From: Octopus bimaculoides
Lineage: Eukaryota
Reading direction: 5' to 3'
Length of the DNA stretch: 64,000 nt
Assembly (NCBI RefSeq): GCF_001194135.2
Contig: NC_068986.1
Location: forward strand, 90,039,747 to 90,103,746
In this document: piece by piece, positions 39,746-52,091 of the stretch
How positions within the stretch are numbered: the first letter of the stretch is position 1
Layout of the letters: each line of letters begins with the position of its first letter
Notes under the pieces: generated by a model
The model's database searches: none
What the model was told of the DNA's origin: nothing
Seen by the model: the letters and a program-made list of their open reading frames with translations, nothing else
Program-made: the position numbers and the translations under genes

Positions 39746-40449
39746 AGTGTATATAAAATTCTATAAACAATTGAGGGAGCCTATGATTATTAAAACTAAT
39801 TAAAATTGATCACTGTTTACAATTTATAAACCATAAGAGTTTTGTAGACATTCGAAGATTCCAACATGTTTCTCTGTTGTGCACTGGAGTTCATTTATTT
39901 TACGTACAGATTTGACAACTTCACTTTATTGTTTATAAAACACTATAAAATGGTAATTAAGTCAGGTTAATTAATCTCAGGAGTCACAGGTTCCCTACTG
40001 AATTACACAACGCATATGGAATCCCTGAATATCTATCAAAATTCTAAGGTGTACCGTTTTATTGTTTATGACAATTAAATCAATTTAATTAGTCTTAGTA
40101 ATCAGAATTTCCTTCATTAAAGTAATGACATTTCCACTATATGTGAGGTATTCTGTAATGTCTACAAAAATTGTGTGATGTTTTATTTATAAGGTAGACA
40201 ATAAAATGAAACTAAGTCAGCTTAATTAAACTTAACAGATAAAATGATGTATTTGTAAATTGAATGAAAAATGCAGCATTTTATTTCTATGTGGTCACTT
40301 CTATTTTGTACTGGAGGTCATCGTCTATGTACATAGACAACAACTTTTGGAAATTGAGAAGGAATAACGGTCAATATAAAAACCTTCACCCTGGGAGAAA
40401 AAAAAAACCAGTCTGGTCCCACCCACCCCCAGGCTAGTTTATTTACTTT

Positions 40450-41520
40450 TTTTTGTTACCGGAATAACCAATTTTTTGAAAATTGATAGGAATAACGTAC
40501 GCATATATTTTATATTTGTGAAAATTAACTTTATTTGCCGACTAGTTTTGAAGTTTCGAACGGATTGTTTTAAGGAGAGAGGTTTTTTTTTTTTTCATCT
40601 GAGACCCGTCCGAATCATGAAAGCAACTCATTCCGCATTCTAATTTTTGTTTTACGAGTGTATTCTATGTTACGGTGTGTTTATTGTCTTTCTTGTCGAT
40701 GTATACATACATACAGCTGTTCTATTCTAAATAAGATAAAGGCATACCCCAAATTTCAGGTAAATGTGTAGGATGGCGGCGTAATTTTTTTCTTTAAGTA
40801 AATGAATATATATATATATATATATGGTTTGCTTGAAATTTTACGTTACTCTTAATTGAGTAACATATTTCCTCTTGAATAAAATCAGATAAAAGTACTA
40901 AATATGGTATAACTACTGATTGGTGCTCTTCGGCTTTATTTCCTTATAGTTTTCTGAAAAAGGAATATTTTATAATGAAATTTTACAAAAGTACATTTTC
41001 GAGGATGTAGATTACAATAATCTTAACGTTGAAATATTTATTCCCCGCCTCCTCCTTTTTTGTTGTNNNNNNNNNNNNNNNNNNNNNNNNNNNNNNNNNN
41101 NNNNNNNNNNNNNNNNNNNNNNNNNNNNNNNNNNNNNNNNNNNNNNNNNNNNNNNNNNNNNNNNNNNNNNNNNNNNNNNNNNNNNNNAAGTGTCGCTTTA
41201 TTGATACACTTTTCAAATTCTTTAAATTTCGCTTTTCACACATCCACTTGTGGGTGTTTGACTTTTGTGAAAAGTTCAATGAAGGAGGGAAGAGTTGGGT
41301 ATGATTTTTTTTCTTTTAATGTGAGTTACAAATGTTTCAGAAAGTAGAATAAGATAAAATGACAGAAATTTTTAGAATTCTTCTTTTAAAATAATGCGCG
41401 AAAAAAAAAAAAAAAAGGAGGAAAATCCCGACAAAAACGGGGAAACAAACAGCTATTTCCGAAAGTCTGCTTTTCCTGTTTCCAGTAAGGGTAGGTGTTG
41501 CACAACGAGTAATATTTACT
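40450..41520 (+). promoter_or_regulatory. Probable NEMP promoter / first-exon region
   Basis: CpG-retaining stretch 1.6-2.7 kb upstream of the first identified NEMP exon. It has a YY1-like GATGGCGGC at 40772-40780 and includes an N gap. Confidence 0.4.
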
Positions 41521-42129
41521 GCATTTTTTGTCTTTGAAAAAGTTATATTTTTTTTACAAATATTCACTACCTTGCCAAAACTATATTAGCCAAGTAAAGA
41601 CTTCTAAATGCAGTAAAAACTATAACATATTCAGAACGCTATTTCAGAAAATTATCACTGTTCTCTTTAAGCATATAAAAGACAAATTTAAGCGGGGCAA
41701 AATTAGTAAGACAGGATAAGGTAAATTTGCTTCCCCACTTCTCCAGAATTACAGTTGAAAAAGAACTCATATGCATAAGCATCCATCCTTAGACATCAGA
41801 AATGCAACAAAAATTTTAAATATCTTGGTCAAATGAAAGAGGATCCTGGAAAAATAGCACGTGATATGAAAATAATGAATCTCAACTAAATCTAAAAACT
41901 CAACATAAAATATTCTCTATAGCTTCTTCATGATGTACTGGAGTAGCTTCTACAGGAGACCCCACTTTACAAATCCATCTTGGGACTGCCTATTTTGGAT
42001 TTATTAAACAAAGGATTTATTAACAGAGGGAACAAAATTCGCTGATTGATTAAACATGTGTATTTATTAAAATACATACATATGTGAATACATGAATAAA
42101 AACATAAACAATGTCATTGAATGAAAAAT

Positions 42130-42745
42130 TTGTCAAGTGCTGTTTGCTTTGCTGGACATTTTGTTCGCAACTCTGCATTGATTTTTCCCTTAAGAGTTCT
42201 AAAAAGATTCATATCACTGAAATCAAAACTTCCAAGGCAACTTTCTTATCGAGGTAGATAGTGTCTCATTTCAGCTTGTGTTGGAGGCTCTAGAACCCTT
42301 TATCAACATCAATGTTAGAATTGCCATCTTGATCTCCTTTGGTTTCCTTCTGAGATTACCAAATGTCATGAATGATCTTGTCTAGATTTTCTTCTTCAGT
42401 GATGATCTCTGGGGCAACAACAGCACCATCATCTACAGACAACCAGTTCTCGAATTGCTTTTTGGTCAGTCCAGTAGGCAGTGAAGGCAGGATCAAATCT
42501 TCGTTAACATCTATTGTTCCATTTGATTCTTCAGCCAAAACAAAACCAGCTTTGATCCAACAATGATTGTCTGGCTAGAGACTTTCTTCCAAGCTATGCT
42601 TAACATGTACATGGCATCCAAAATGGTGATCCACTTTGCAACTTCTTGGGTAAAAATATCACGTTCAGTTTCTTCCATAACATCAATGATCTTCTCGTGC
42701 ATTTCATGTCTGAAGTAGGCTTTCAAGGTCTTGATTATCTTCTTG
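42130..42745 (-). mobile_element. Decayed pogo/Tigger (DDE_1) transposase, C-terminal part
   Basis: QPCDKKIIKTLKAYFR...ITILDAMYMLSIAWKKVSSQTI fits the family motif QP.D.GII..FK..YR...LDA...L..AW..V...TI. It is followed by an acidic tail (FENWLSVDD). Confidence 0.75.
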
Positions 42746-43138
42746 TCACAGGGCTGCAGATGATTTGTGTGGATGCTGTTAGTTGGGGGTCCCCTACTGT
42801 AGGCTGATCAATACCTTGTGAGTGAAATTTAGTGGGCAGAAACTGGAAGAAACCCATTATCATATGTGTATGTGTGTGCATGCATAACAGTGTATTCCCC
42901 TTGTCTAGACAGGTGCTTTCTGATTGTAGACAAAATATCTCCATTCATAAAAATGGCATACCTAGAAAGTGAAGCTTGATTACAGGGAGAGTATCAGACC
43001 ATAGAAAACTCAACCTCATCAAAGTTTATTATTACCCATGCAAGCATGGAAAAGTAGATGTGAAAATGATGATGATGATATATAGATTGCATGTACAATG
43101 TATATTAAAATTATCAAATCTTACTCATTGTATTCTAG

Positions 43139-43266
43139 GTACTGTAATAGACTCCACAAAGCCTTTTATTTCCATCCAAAATGACAATTTAGAAACATGG
43201 AAGACTTGGATATTTTGTTATCCTGGAGAAAAGCGAAATATTTATAAACTCTGGATGTCACCAATG
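43139..43266 (+). CDS. NEMP1: NEMP/TMEM194 nuclear envelope integral membrane protein, first identified coding exon
   Basis: Acceptor tattctag, peptide TVIDSTKPFISIQNDNLETWKTWIFCYPGEKRNIYKLWMSPM, donor GTAAGT. The FCY...W motif matches the NEMP luminal domain. Phase 1 to 0. Confidence 0.8.
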
Positions 43267-44831
43267 GTAAGTTAATTTTCTTTGCTATCACCTCTTTTCT
43301 GACAATTCAGTAGTTATTTTATTGGCTCTAAAGAGATTCTGACTGATTGACGCTCAGAACTGTAATTACCAAAGAAGATAATGCACAATATTTCAAACCA
43401 ATGAGAGAACTTCTGCGTCATAGCTTGTCCTACTTGAAATAGCAGCTACACCTTCCTCAAATCTCACTCTGCCAGCTTAAACAATAGGACACTTTGAATG
43501 AAGTTTTAGATACACTCTGACTGTAAACAAGGCCAGATGTCATGGCTGGAATATGTTCATTAATATGACTGCATAAATCAGAGTTTACCTGTGTTTAGGT
43601 CCCATCATCATCATTATTTTACATTTGCTTTCCATGCTGGTATGGGTTGGATGAGTCATCACTGTTTAGGTCTTTTCTTATCAGTAACTGTCCACTCCTC
43701 CCAGTTTGAGCACCAGTCTATGGGAGCAGCAGCTCTCAATAAGAAATAATAATACTGTGACAACCTGTCCAGTCCATGCTAGCATGAAAAACTGATGTAA
43801 AACTTTACAAAATAAGTACAGACTAGCATTCTGTTGGTCAACCAACTGTATACCACAATACTCACCTAAATAATGATAATAAATATTGATTCCCTTTGAT
43901 TGAGAACAGATCAATTTTTGAAAAGCAATTTGGTTTACCAGTTAAATGACTGCTATATATCATTGGACCTAGTTTATATATCCCAAAGAAATGAAAGGTG
44001 AACGTTCTAGAAAGGATCTATACTCTGAACATAATATCTAATAATGTAAAGCTTATTTAAGAAATTGTTAACGGTGAATCAGATGATTTAAAATTTCTTT
44101 TTTACTAGAATACTTGTGTATTGCAAGTTAATTTTCCCTGTAAAATCTGTACTGATTTTGTAAATTAGAGTAAATAAGTATAGCATTTTAATCAGATTCA
44201 GAAGAGTGGATAAATTCATGATAGATTCAGTAGTTGGAGTTGGATCATCTCATCCTGGATGAATACCAATACAAGTTCAAACAGAGGTAACATTTGCTTT
44301 AAGCTTATGTCTCCGTGTCTCCAAAAGTGACAGAAATTACAACTTGTCACAGTTCTCAGAGGTCAGTTATTTAGTTCCACTTTCTGTAGCTTCATGGGGG
44401 TCAAAGGGACAACTCTAAATAGAATGGTAGATAAAATTAGCTATGGGTTCTGCTACCTAATTTCTAATATTTAGATGAGCAGCTGTTCTCTATTCTACAA
44501 TGAATTCTTGCACTAGATTTGAATTAGTTGTTTGATATGTCCAATATACTCAGCTATTCTGCATTTGCTTGTCTTTTTGTAGGAAAATATATTCATTCAG
44601 TTTTGCATCTGTTTTTTTTCCATGGTAGCAGAGATTAGATGAACATACTATTGTCAAAGCATTGTTATGCAGACAGATGCCCTTTATGTCACTAAACTTT
44701 TTTTTTTCAAATAAGTGATATCTTATTCGTCACATTTTCAATGTTACAAAGATAGTGAATAACCAGCAGGGGTAATAATAGCAACATCACAAACCCGGAA
44801 CTTCTCCAATTCTGCTTCAGAGTCTTTTCAG

Positions 44832-45069
44832 CAAAGATATAGAAATTTAATGAAATTACATTTGAACAGAAGGACATATTTTTATTATTAAATCTAAGCT
44901 CTCCAAGTAGAAAGCGGGAATACCAAAAACCATTTTGACTTAGCTAGACCATACAGGCTAACCTGTATGGTCTGGCTAAATTCCTCCTTTCTACTTGGAG
45001 AGTTTAGATTTAATTATAAAAATATGTCCTTCTGTTTAAATGTAATTTCATTAAATTTCTATATCTTTG
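44832..45069. repeat. Long AT-rich palindrome with nested inner hairpin
   Basis: Outer arms of about 90 bp (44832-44921 and 44980-45069) enclose an 18-bp hairpin at 44940-44979. Confidence 0.9.
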
Positions 45070-45798
45070 TGCAGCTGAAAATTGCTCTACATTTCATATT
45101 TGATGTAATGTTTACATTGCTCAATTAAATGGAGTCGTATGAAATGATCATATTGCATTACTTTTGGATATCCTTATTGCTCATTTTGATTTTAATCACC
45201 TTATTTTGAAACTGTATGGATAATACCATACTAAATTCTGATGCCTAAACTTAAGTATCATATTCATCTGAATCTATATATATGTGTGTGTGTGTGTATA
45301 TAATATATACACATACACACATATATATATATATACACGTACATATATATTATACATGTGTATGTGTGTAAAAAGCACCAGTACTGGTGCTATGTTAAAA
45401 GCACCCAGTACATTCTGTAAAGTGGTTGGTATTAGGAAGGGTATCCAGCTGTAACCAGCTCCTATCAAGCCGTCCAGACCATACCAGCTTGGAAAATAGT
45501 CATTAAATGATGATGGTGATCAGTCCAAAGATCAGGTGTTAGTTTTCCATCTCATTGTAAATTATATTTCAATGCAGCAGTTTTGCTTTCTTTTGGCAAG
45601 ATTCTTCATTCTGCTTACCTCAGATCTTCTGGGAATTTTACTCTTTTCTTCCTCACCTTAATATAATGGTGTTCATCTGATGGAAACTGTTACCAATTAT
45701 CTCCTGTATTTAGATCACATAAATGTTTCAAATATTCAAAAGTTATATAACTGATGAGTTTCTTTCCCTTCTTTTTTTCTTTTTTTTTTTATGTTTAG

Positions 45799-46000
45799 TT
45801 GAAATTGAATATCAACGATGATTATTCTGTGAGTTATGGTGATAATGCTTTGGAAACGGAGGCAAGTGCCTCTTCATTTAGTTTCAACATCATACGTAAC
45901 AAGTTGTTTCAAAACAAAGAAATTTCTTTGCTTCCTTTTAATTCAACTTGTGTGCGAATCAGTACAACAAATGATTTTTCTGTACAACTGAGAACAAAAG
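45799..46000 (+). CDS. NEMP1: NEMP exon (luminal domain)
   Basis: Poly-T tract then AG, peptide LKLNINDDYS...LLPFNSTCVRISTTNDFSVQLRTK+G, donor GTATGT. Phase 0 to 1. Confidence 0.85.
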
Positions 46001-47336
46001 GTATGTGTAAACACTTTAACATTTCTAACCCTTCTTTTTGGCTAATGAGACAAGCAAGCCTTCATTAATTAATGTATTGACTTTTCCTCAAATTTCCTTT
46101 TTTTAGTTGTTTTAATTTTATTTTTATTAGAATCAGTGAGACAACTACAATTTCTTAGCAAGGAATCAACCACTTGACTGTTGTTATGTGTTAATCTAAA
46201 GAATGCCTTTGTTATGGTTGCTTGTTCTATATATATTTAGTTTATAGGCATTCCTATATACACTTAGTTTATAAGCATTCCATTACTCACTATTAATATA
46301 CACACAGCCAATGCAATAACTATAACAGTAATTGATGCTTTTGGAGCGATGACTCTGTTTGTAGCAAGTGTTATTTAAATACCCTGTTGAATTTGAATTT
46401 AGTTTCTATTTTACCTGTAAAGGTGTAAACTTTCTAGCCACTTTATTATTATCATTATTATTACTATTAATAACAGTAATAATATTTATTTAATTTACAT
46501 ATATATGTGTGTGTGTGTGTGTGTAGGAATGACGATCTGTGCAAAATTTGTTGAAGAGTTGCAGACAAATTAACATACCTGGAAGAATGGTCTTTATCTT
46601 TTTGTCAAGAAGAAAGGTAGGTCTGTTGAACCTTTACAGGGCCTCTGAAACTGGTGGAAGAGAGGGAGGAAATTATCCTCAAACCAGAGACCTGGCCTAA
46701 ATGCTTGTAAAAGAGTGAAATGTGTTAAAGATACCCAACGTATCAAATGGTGGTATTAAAGAGCTGATGAGTTAAGTCTGCCACCCAAATGGGCTGTGGC
46801 AGGAGTTGAACTCAGAACACAAAGAACATGAACAAATACCACAAGGCATCCAGTCTGATATTCTTACAGTTCTGCCAAATCCATTACCATGGATTGGTGC
46901 TTATCAACTCCAGACAGATGAAAGATTAAGTTGACCTTGGTAGGATTTGAACTCAGAACACAGAGTTGGGACAAGTTCCAACTCAGCCTATTCATTTCTT
47001 ACCATCTAAAAGTTAACATGACATGGGTCAAAGTGCAAGTTTGAATCGGAACACACAATCTCAGTTGCATATATAGGAAGTACCTTTGTTTGCTATGTTC
47101 AAAGGGAGTTGGGGAATGTACAGTTCTGTGTTGCCACTTCAATTAATAAGTACAGAAGAAGGTGCCTTAGGATCTCTGGGAAACCAACAAGCAACAGGAA
47201 TTTCAATTGCAAAGAAGGGCATCCAACTGTAGAAACCATGCCAAATCATCAAATCCTGTTAAACTGTTCAGCACATGATAGTATCGTCGTCGTTGTCATT
47301 TAACGTCCGCTTTCCATGCTAGCATGGGTTGGACGA

Positions 47337-47499
47337 TTTGACTGAGGACTGGTGGACCAGGAGGCGACCCCAGGCTCCAATCTGGTTTGGCAGAGTTTCT
47401 ACAGCTGGATGCCCTTCCTAACGTCAACCAGCTGTAGAAACTCTGCCAAATCAGATTGGAGCCTGTTATTGCCTCCTGGTCCACCAGTCCTCAGTCAAA
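47337..47499. repeat. Fold-back inverted repeat, 72-bp arms, 19-nt loop
   Basis: 47337-47408 matches the reverse complement of 47428-47499 at 67 of 72 positions. Confidence 0.95.
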
Positions 47500-48446
47500 G
47501 TATGGAAGACTGATGTTAAATGATAACACTGTAAAAAAAAATTTTTTTTGTCTTTGGTCCGTAAGTGTTATTTTCTTATTTGCTTCTATCTAGAAACCAA
47601 AGGAAATAACTGTTATTCCCTTCAAACTTAGCTTTTGTGACTTGGACATCAATGTTTTGAAACTGCCCTATTTTCCATTACATTTCAAACAGATTCAGCA
47701 CTGACTGGTTGAAGCAGAAATATCGTTATAGCAAACATTCTGCTCAATACCACAGATTTGCTTGTCAGTTGCTTGATCTTAAACACTTAAGCATGTTCCT
47801 CAGTGACTGGTAGTATGTGCATCTCTGATCATGAGCAGGAGTAGTGGAGGAGCATCATAATCATGTATTGAGAGAATTCTTTGGAGTTTGAATAAATGTA
47901 ACAAAAGCAAAATGTGAAGGAAATATTAGCTATTTTTCATACTTGCTAGAAGCAAACAATCAGGAAAGAACAATTCACTACCCAAGGACAAAGATTGTGT
48001 TTCACAGTGTAATCGTGGTGTTAATGGTGATGATGATGAATCTCAGCTGTAGTGATCAGTAGGAACAGCTATGAAACGAAGTTTGTGAACTGTGCAACCA
48101 GCTTACCACACATAGTTGATAATTTCTGTTACTTAGCTAACAGAAACTAATTAGTGCTGTGTATTTCTGGTAGAATAAGAAAGAAGTGGAAACATTTTTG
48201 GTATTGTTGTCTCTGTTGACAGCAAATAGTTTCTGTCTTAAAGCAAAAGGCAGACATTGTTGTCTCTGTTGACAGCAAATAGTTTCTGTCTTAAAGCAAA
48301 AGGCAGACTATACAAAAAGTATATGTTAGTGTGGTGGTGCAAGGTAGGTGAGTCATGAGCATTGGGTGTAGTAGGTTTATATGGACGTGTAAGAAATGAA
48401 GCTAGCAAAATCTGTTTCATGTTTAGTAAAAGATATGAAGGTAGAG

Positions 48447-48804
48447 GTGGAGGCGCAATGGCCCAGTGGTTAGGGCAGCGGACTCGCGGTTTTGATTCCC
48501 AGACCGGGCGTTGTGAGTGTTTATTGAGCGAAAGCACCTGAAAGCTCCACGAGGCTCCGGCAGGGGATGGTGGCGAACCCTGCTGTACTCTTTCACCACA
48601 ACTTTCTCTCACTCTTACTTCCTGTTTCTGTTGTGCCTGTAATTCAAAGGGTCAACCTTGTCACGCTGAATATCCCCAAGAACTACGTTAAGGGTACACG
48701 TGTCTGTGGAGTGCTCGGCCACTTGCACGTTAATTTCACGAGCGGGCTGTTCCGTTGATCGGATCAACTGGAACCCTCGATGTCGTAAGTGACGGAGTGC
48801 CAAC
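48447..48804 (+). mobile_element. tRNA-derived SINE (family A), near full length, with 12-bp TSD
   Basis: A-box TGGCCCAGTGG and a B-box-like TTTTGATTCCC. TSD ATGAAGGTAGAG at 48435-48446 and 48805-48816. Confidence 0.9.
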
Positions 48805-49535
48805 ATGAAGGTAGAGTAAATAAGAGCTGAAACTCTGGCCGAGGATAAGTATTAGGGGAGACAACTCTATGAATAAATACTTGTCTATGCATGATAGATA
48901 TAGATGTGTGTGTGTATATTGTTGTCAAGAATTAAACTTCCAAGGGAACGTGAAATAATTATTTTTTGGAATATTGGCGCACGAGCAGCCTTTGACTTTA
49001 TCTATCCAAAAGGGGTTTTCAACCCATTATTTACATGCTATTACTATAGCTTTACGTGATGGGCGATCTTTCGGTACTAGTACGCAACAACATCTGGTCG
49101 TTGCGCGCACGCATACTGATTACGGTTTTGGGCGGCTTGGTCACATGAATCAAAATTTTTTTCGGGCGGCTTTGGGCGGTTTGGTAACGAAAGGGTTGCA
49201 CGATTTAAACTCAGTATACTAAGTGTCAAAAGAAATATCACAAGGCATTCAGTACAATGCTACTAATTTATGACATTGGGGTTTCGGAGTTATTTGTATT
49301 TTATCTATTAATTAGATATCTATCTGGATATGATACAGGTAACTGTGCACATCTCTTGTTAAGCAGGATCATGATACTTAATCTTAAAATAAATGTGGAT
49401 TTCTGGGACAGGATAAAGAGTATTAGAGATATCACATTTTTGTTATGTTTTATCATTTGTAAAGGAGCCTTGTATTTTGATTAAATTGTTCCTATTGTTA
49501 ATTGGATTTTTATTTTCCTTTTGCTATTGTCTTAG

Positions 49536-49608
49536 GAATTGAAATATGGCTAGTCATCACTTTTGGACTTGGAATCCTGATGTTTGCCAATGCAGACCAC
49601 TGGAGTCA
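49536..49608 (+). CDS. NEMP1: NEMP exon (transmembrane helix 1)
   Basis: (G)IEIWLVITFGLGILMFANADHWS resembles human FDPKLFLVFLLGLMLFFCGDLLS. AG/GT boundaries, phase 1 to 2. Confidence 0.88.
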
Positions 49609-50072
49609 GTATGTATAACTACTTTCTATCATGAGCTATATTTAACTTCTTTTTTTTTTTTAACTATTTGACATCTAATTTTCCATGTTAACATGGGTGA
49701 AATGGTTTTGCAATTTGGTAGTGGCAGGTTTAATACATTATTGGACATTATACATCATGGTATTTGGTTGTTTTGAGTTCAGATCTCAATCTCATCCTTC
49801 TGAGAGTGATAAAGTAAATGCATGACAATTACTGAAATTGTCGATGTGCTTGAAGTGGTGCTCCATCATGGTCACAACACAATGACTGAAACCAGTAAAA
49901 AAAAAATGAAGACATATTTCAAGAACTGTATGAATATATCCAAATTTGTAGAGATACAGATGTAAAACTGTATGGGGCAGGTATAGGATAGTATAGTAGC
50001 ATCTGGACATATTCTGCTTATGTTTGATTATTGACACTGATTATTTTCTGAATCTTCCTTGCATTTTCACAG

Positions 50073-50166
50073 GAATTCTTCATTTCATTACCTGATGGGA
50101 ACTGTACTTGGAATTATTTTTTCTGTGCTGATTATATTATTCCTCATTAGTCGGATGATTTCAAAG
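50073..50166 (+). CDS. NEMP1: NEMP exon (transmembrane helix 2)
   Basis: (Q)NSSFHYLMGTVLGIIFSVLIILFLISRMISK resembles human [31 protein letters not shown]. Donor GTAAGG, phase 2 to 0. Confidence 0.92.
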
Positions 50167-50334
50167 GTAAGGCCTGCTGGTAGAAACATGTCAATATTTA
50201 TTGTGTTTATATGAATGATAATCATCATGATTATAATCTTTAACCCTCAATGCACTGATTAAATTTTTGCTGATGATGTAATGCATTAATCATATGCAAA
50301 TAGTTTTTGCAACTGCTTTACATTGTCCGGTTCG

Positions 50335-50724
50335 GTTGGCATTCCATCGCTTACGACGTCAAGGGTTCCAGTTGATCCGATCAATGGAACAGCTTGCTCA
50401 TGAAATTAACGTGCAAGTGGCTGAGCACTCCACAGACACGTGTACCCTTAACGTAGTTCTCGGTTCTTGGAGATATTCAGCGTGGCACAGTGTGACAAGG
50501 CTGACCCTTTGAATTACAGGCACAACAGAAACAGGAAGTAAGAGCGAGAGAAAGTTGTGGGGAATGAGTACAGCAGGGTTCGCCACCATCCCCTGCCGGA
50601 GCCTCGTGGAGCTTTTAGGTGTTTTTGCTCAATAAACACTCAACAACGCCCGGTCTGGGAATCGAAACCGCGATCCTACGACCATGAGTCCGCTGCCCTA
50701 ACCACTGGGCCATTGCGCCTCCAC
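50335..50724 (-). mobile_element. tRNA-derived SINE (family A), antisense
   Basis: Reverse complement of the 48447 and 54832 copies over the whole length. Confidence 0.9.
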
Positions 50725-52091
50725 CTTACAGTGTCCAGTAAAAATAAAATGTGCATACTAAATCATATGAAGTGTGAATAATTTTGGAAAGAACTTCACT
50801 GTCAAAAACAGGTTAACTTGCTTCCCTAATCTTGAGTGCACCTGCATGGAACCGAGTATATTCAGCTCCCATGCAGTAAAGACTAAGGCAGCAGATTGGC
50901 AGTTGTTAGAGCTCTGGCTAGGTATTTGTTCTGACCCTGTATTTGAGTGCAAATTCTGACATGGTCAACTTTGCCCTTCATTCTTTTGGGTTTGAGAGAG
51001 AAAAAAAAAAGGTACCAGTCCAGAACATTAAGTTGATGGAACTGTTAGAGACTGTTGGCATTCTATCTAACAGCATTTGTTCCAGCTCTTTACATTCAGA
51101 CAGCAACTTCTGTAACAACACTTATGCCAAGCTATTTCAACCCAAATCAGTTACCTTTTTCTTGGATACACATAAGTGATGTGGAGATGAGGAGACTTGT
51201 GTGCATGCACAACTGCAAGTCTTACTCAAAAATTCCTACCCAAACCTATATATGCAATGATCAGTGTTAACCTACAGTGGCACTGCACATATTGTCTTCA
51301 TTATCTGTTTCCTTTCACACATGTTGCCTAAAAATATCCCAGCATTGTTTCTGTTTCTCATTTCTCCTATAACAATGAAATGTTTGCTACCTGCTTAACT
51401 GATATCTGAGAGACCTCTACTGTGCACATGCACAATTTCAATACAATGTGATTTGGCCATGAACATTGCATAGTAGGAGCAGTGATAGGATGCAAATTAC
51501 TATACCCCCACTCACCTAAGTTGGTTGTCAAAAAGCCTTATTGATTTTGCCATGTACATTTTGCTCACATATAATTGAATATATAGGTGCAGGTGTGACT
51601 ATGTGGTTAAGGAGTTTGGTTCCCAACTTCGTGGTCTCAGGTTCAGTTTCACTACAAAGCACTTTGGGCATGTTTTCTCTAATTTCAATGCCTTGTAATG
51701 GATTTGGTTGACAGAAACTGAAAGAAGCCCACTGTGTGTGTGTGTGTGTTCGTATATCTTGTCTTGACATCATGTGATTGTTGTAAACGAATGTCATTCA
51801 TTTCCAATATTCTGTGAAAATATGTCAAAACATAGGGAAATATTACAGTTTTTTGGTGACAGGAAGAGCATCCAGCCATAGAAAATCTTCCTCAATAAAC
51901 TCTGTCCAAACAATGAAAGGAAGGAAAAATGAATTTAAAATGCTGATGATGATATCCATGTGAATTTCTTTCTCTCCCTTTCCCTCTTTTTCTTTCTCAT
52001 GCTCTATTTCTTAATCTTTCTATCTCTCTCTCTCTCTCTCACACATGTACACTCACTCCTGTTTACACTTATGATGTTATTTCTATTGTAG

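Noticed and set aside
36200-40400. Possible tachykinin or Dlx gene between SDHAF3 and NEMP, predicted from synteny
   Set aside because: I saw no FxGxR-G-K/R precursor motif or homeobox exon. Only repeats and a gap of about 690 N are present.
48447-48520. tRNA-like A and B boxes (also at 16641 and 54832)
   Set aside because: These are SINE heads continuing into long bodies with TSDs; there is no complete cloverleaf, so they are not tRNA genes.
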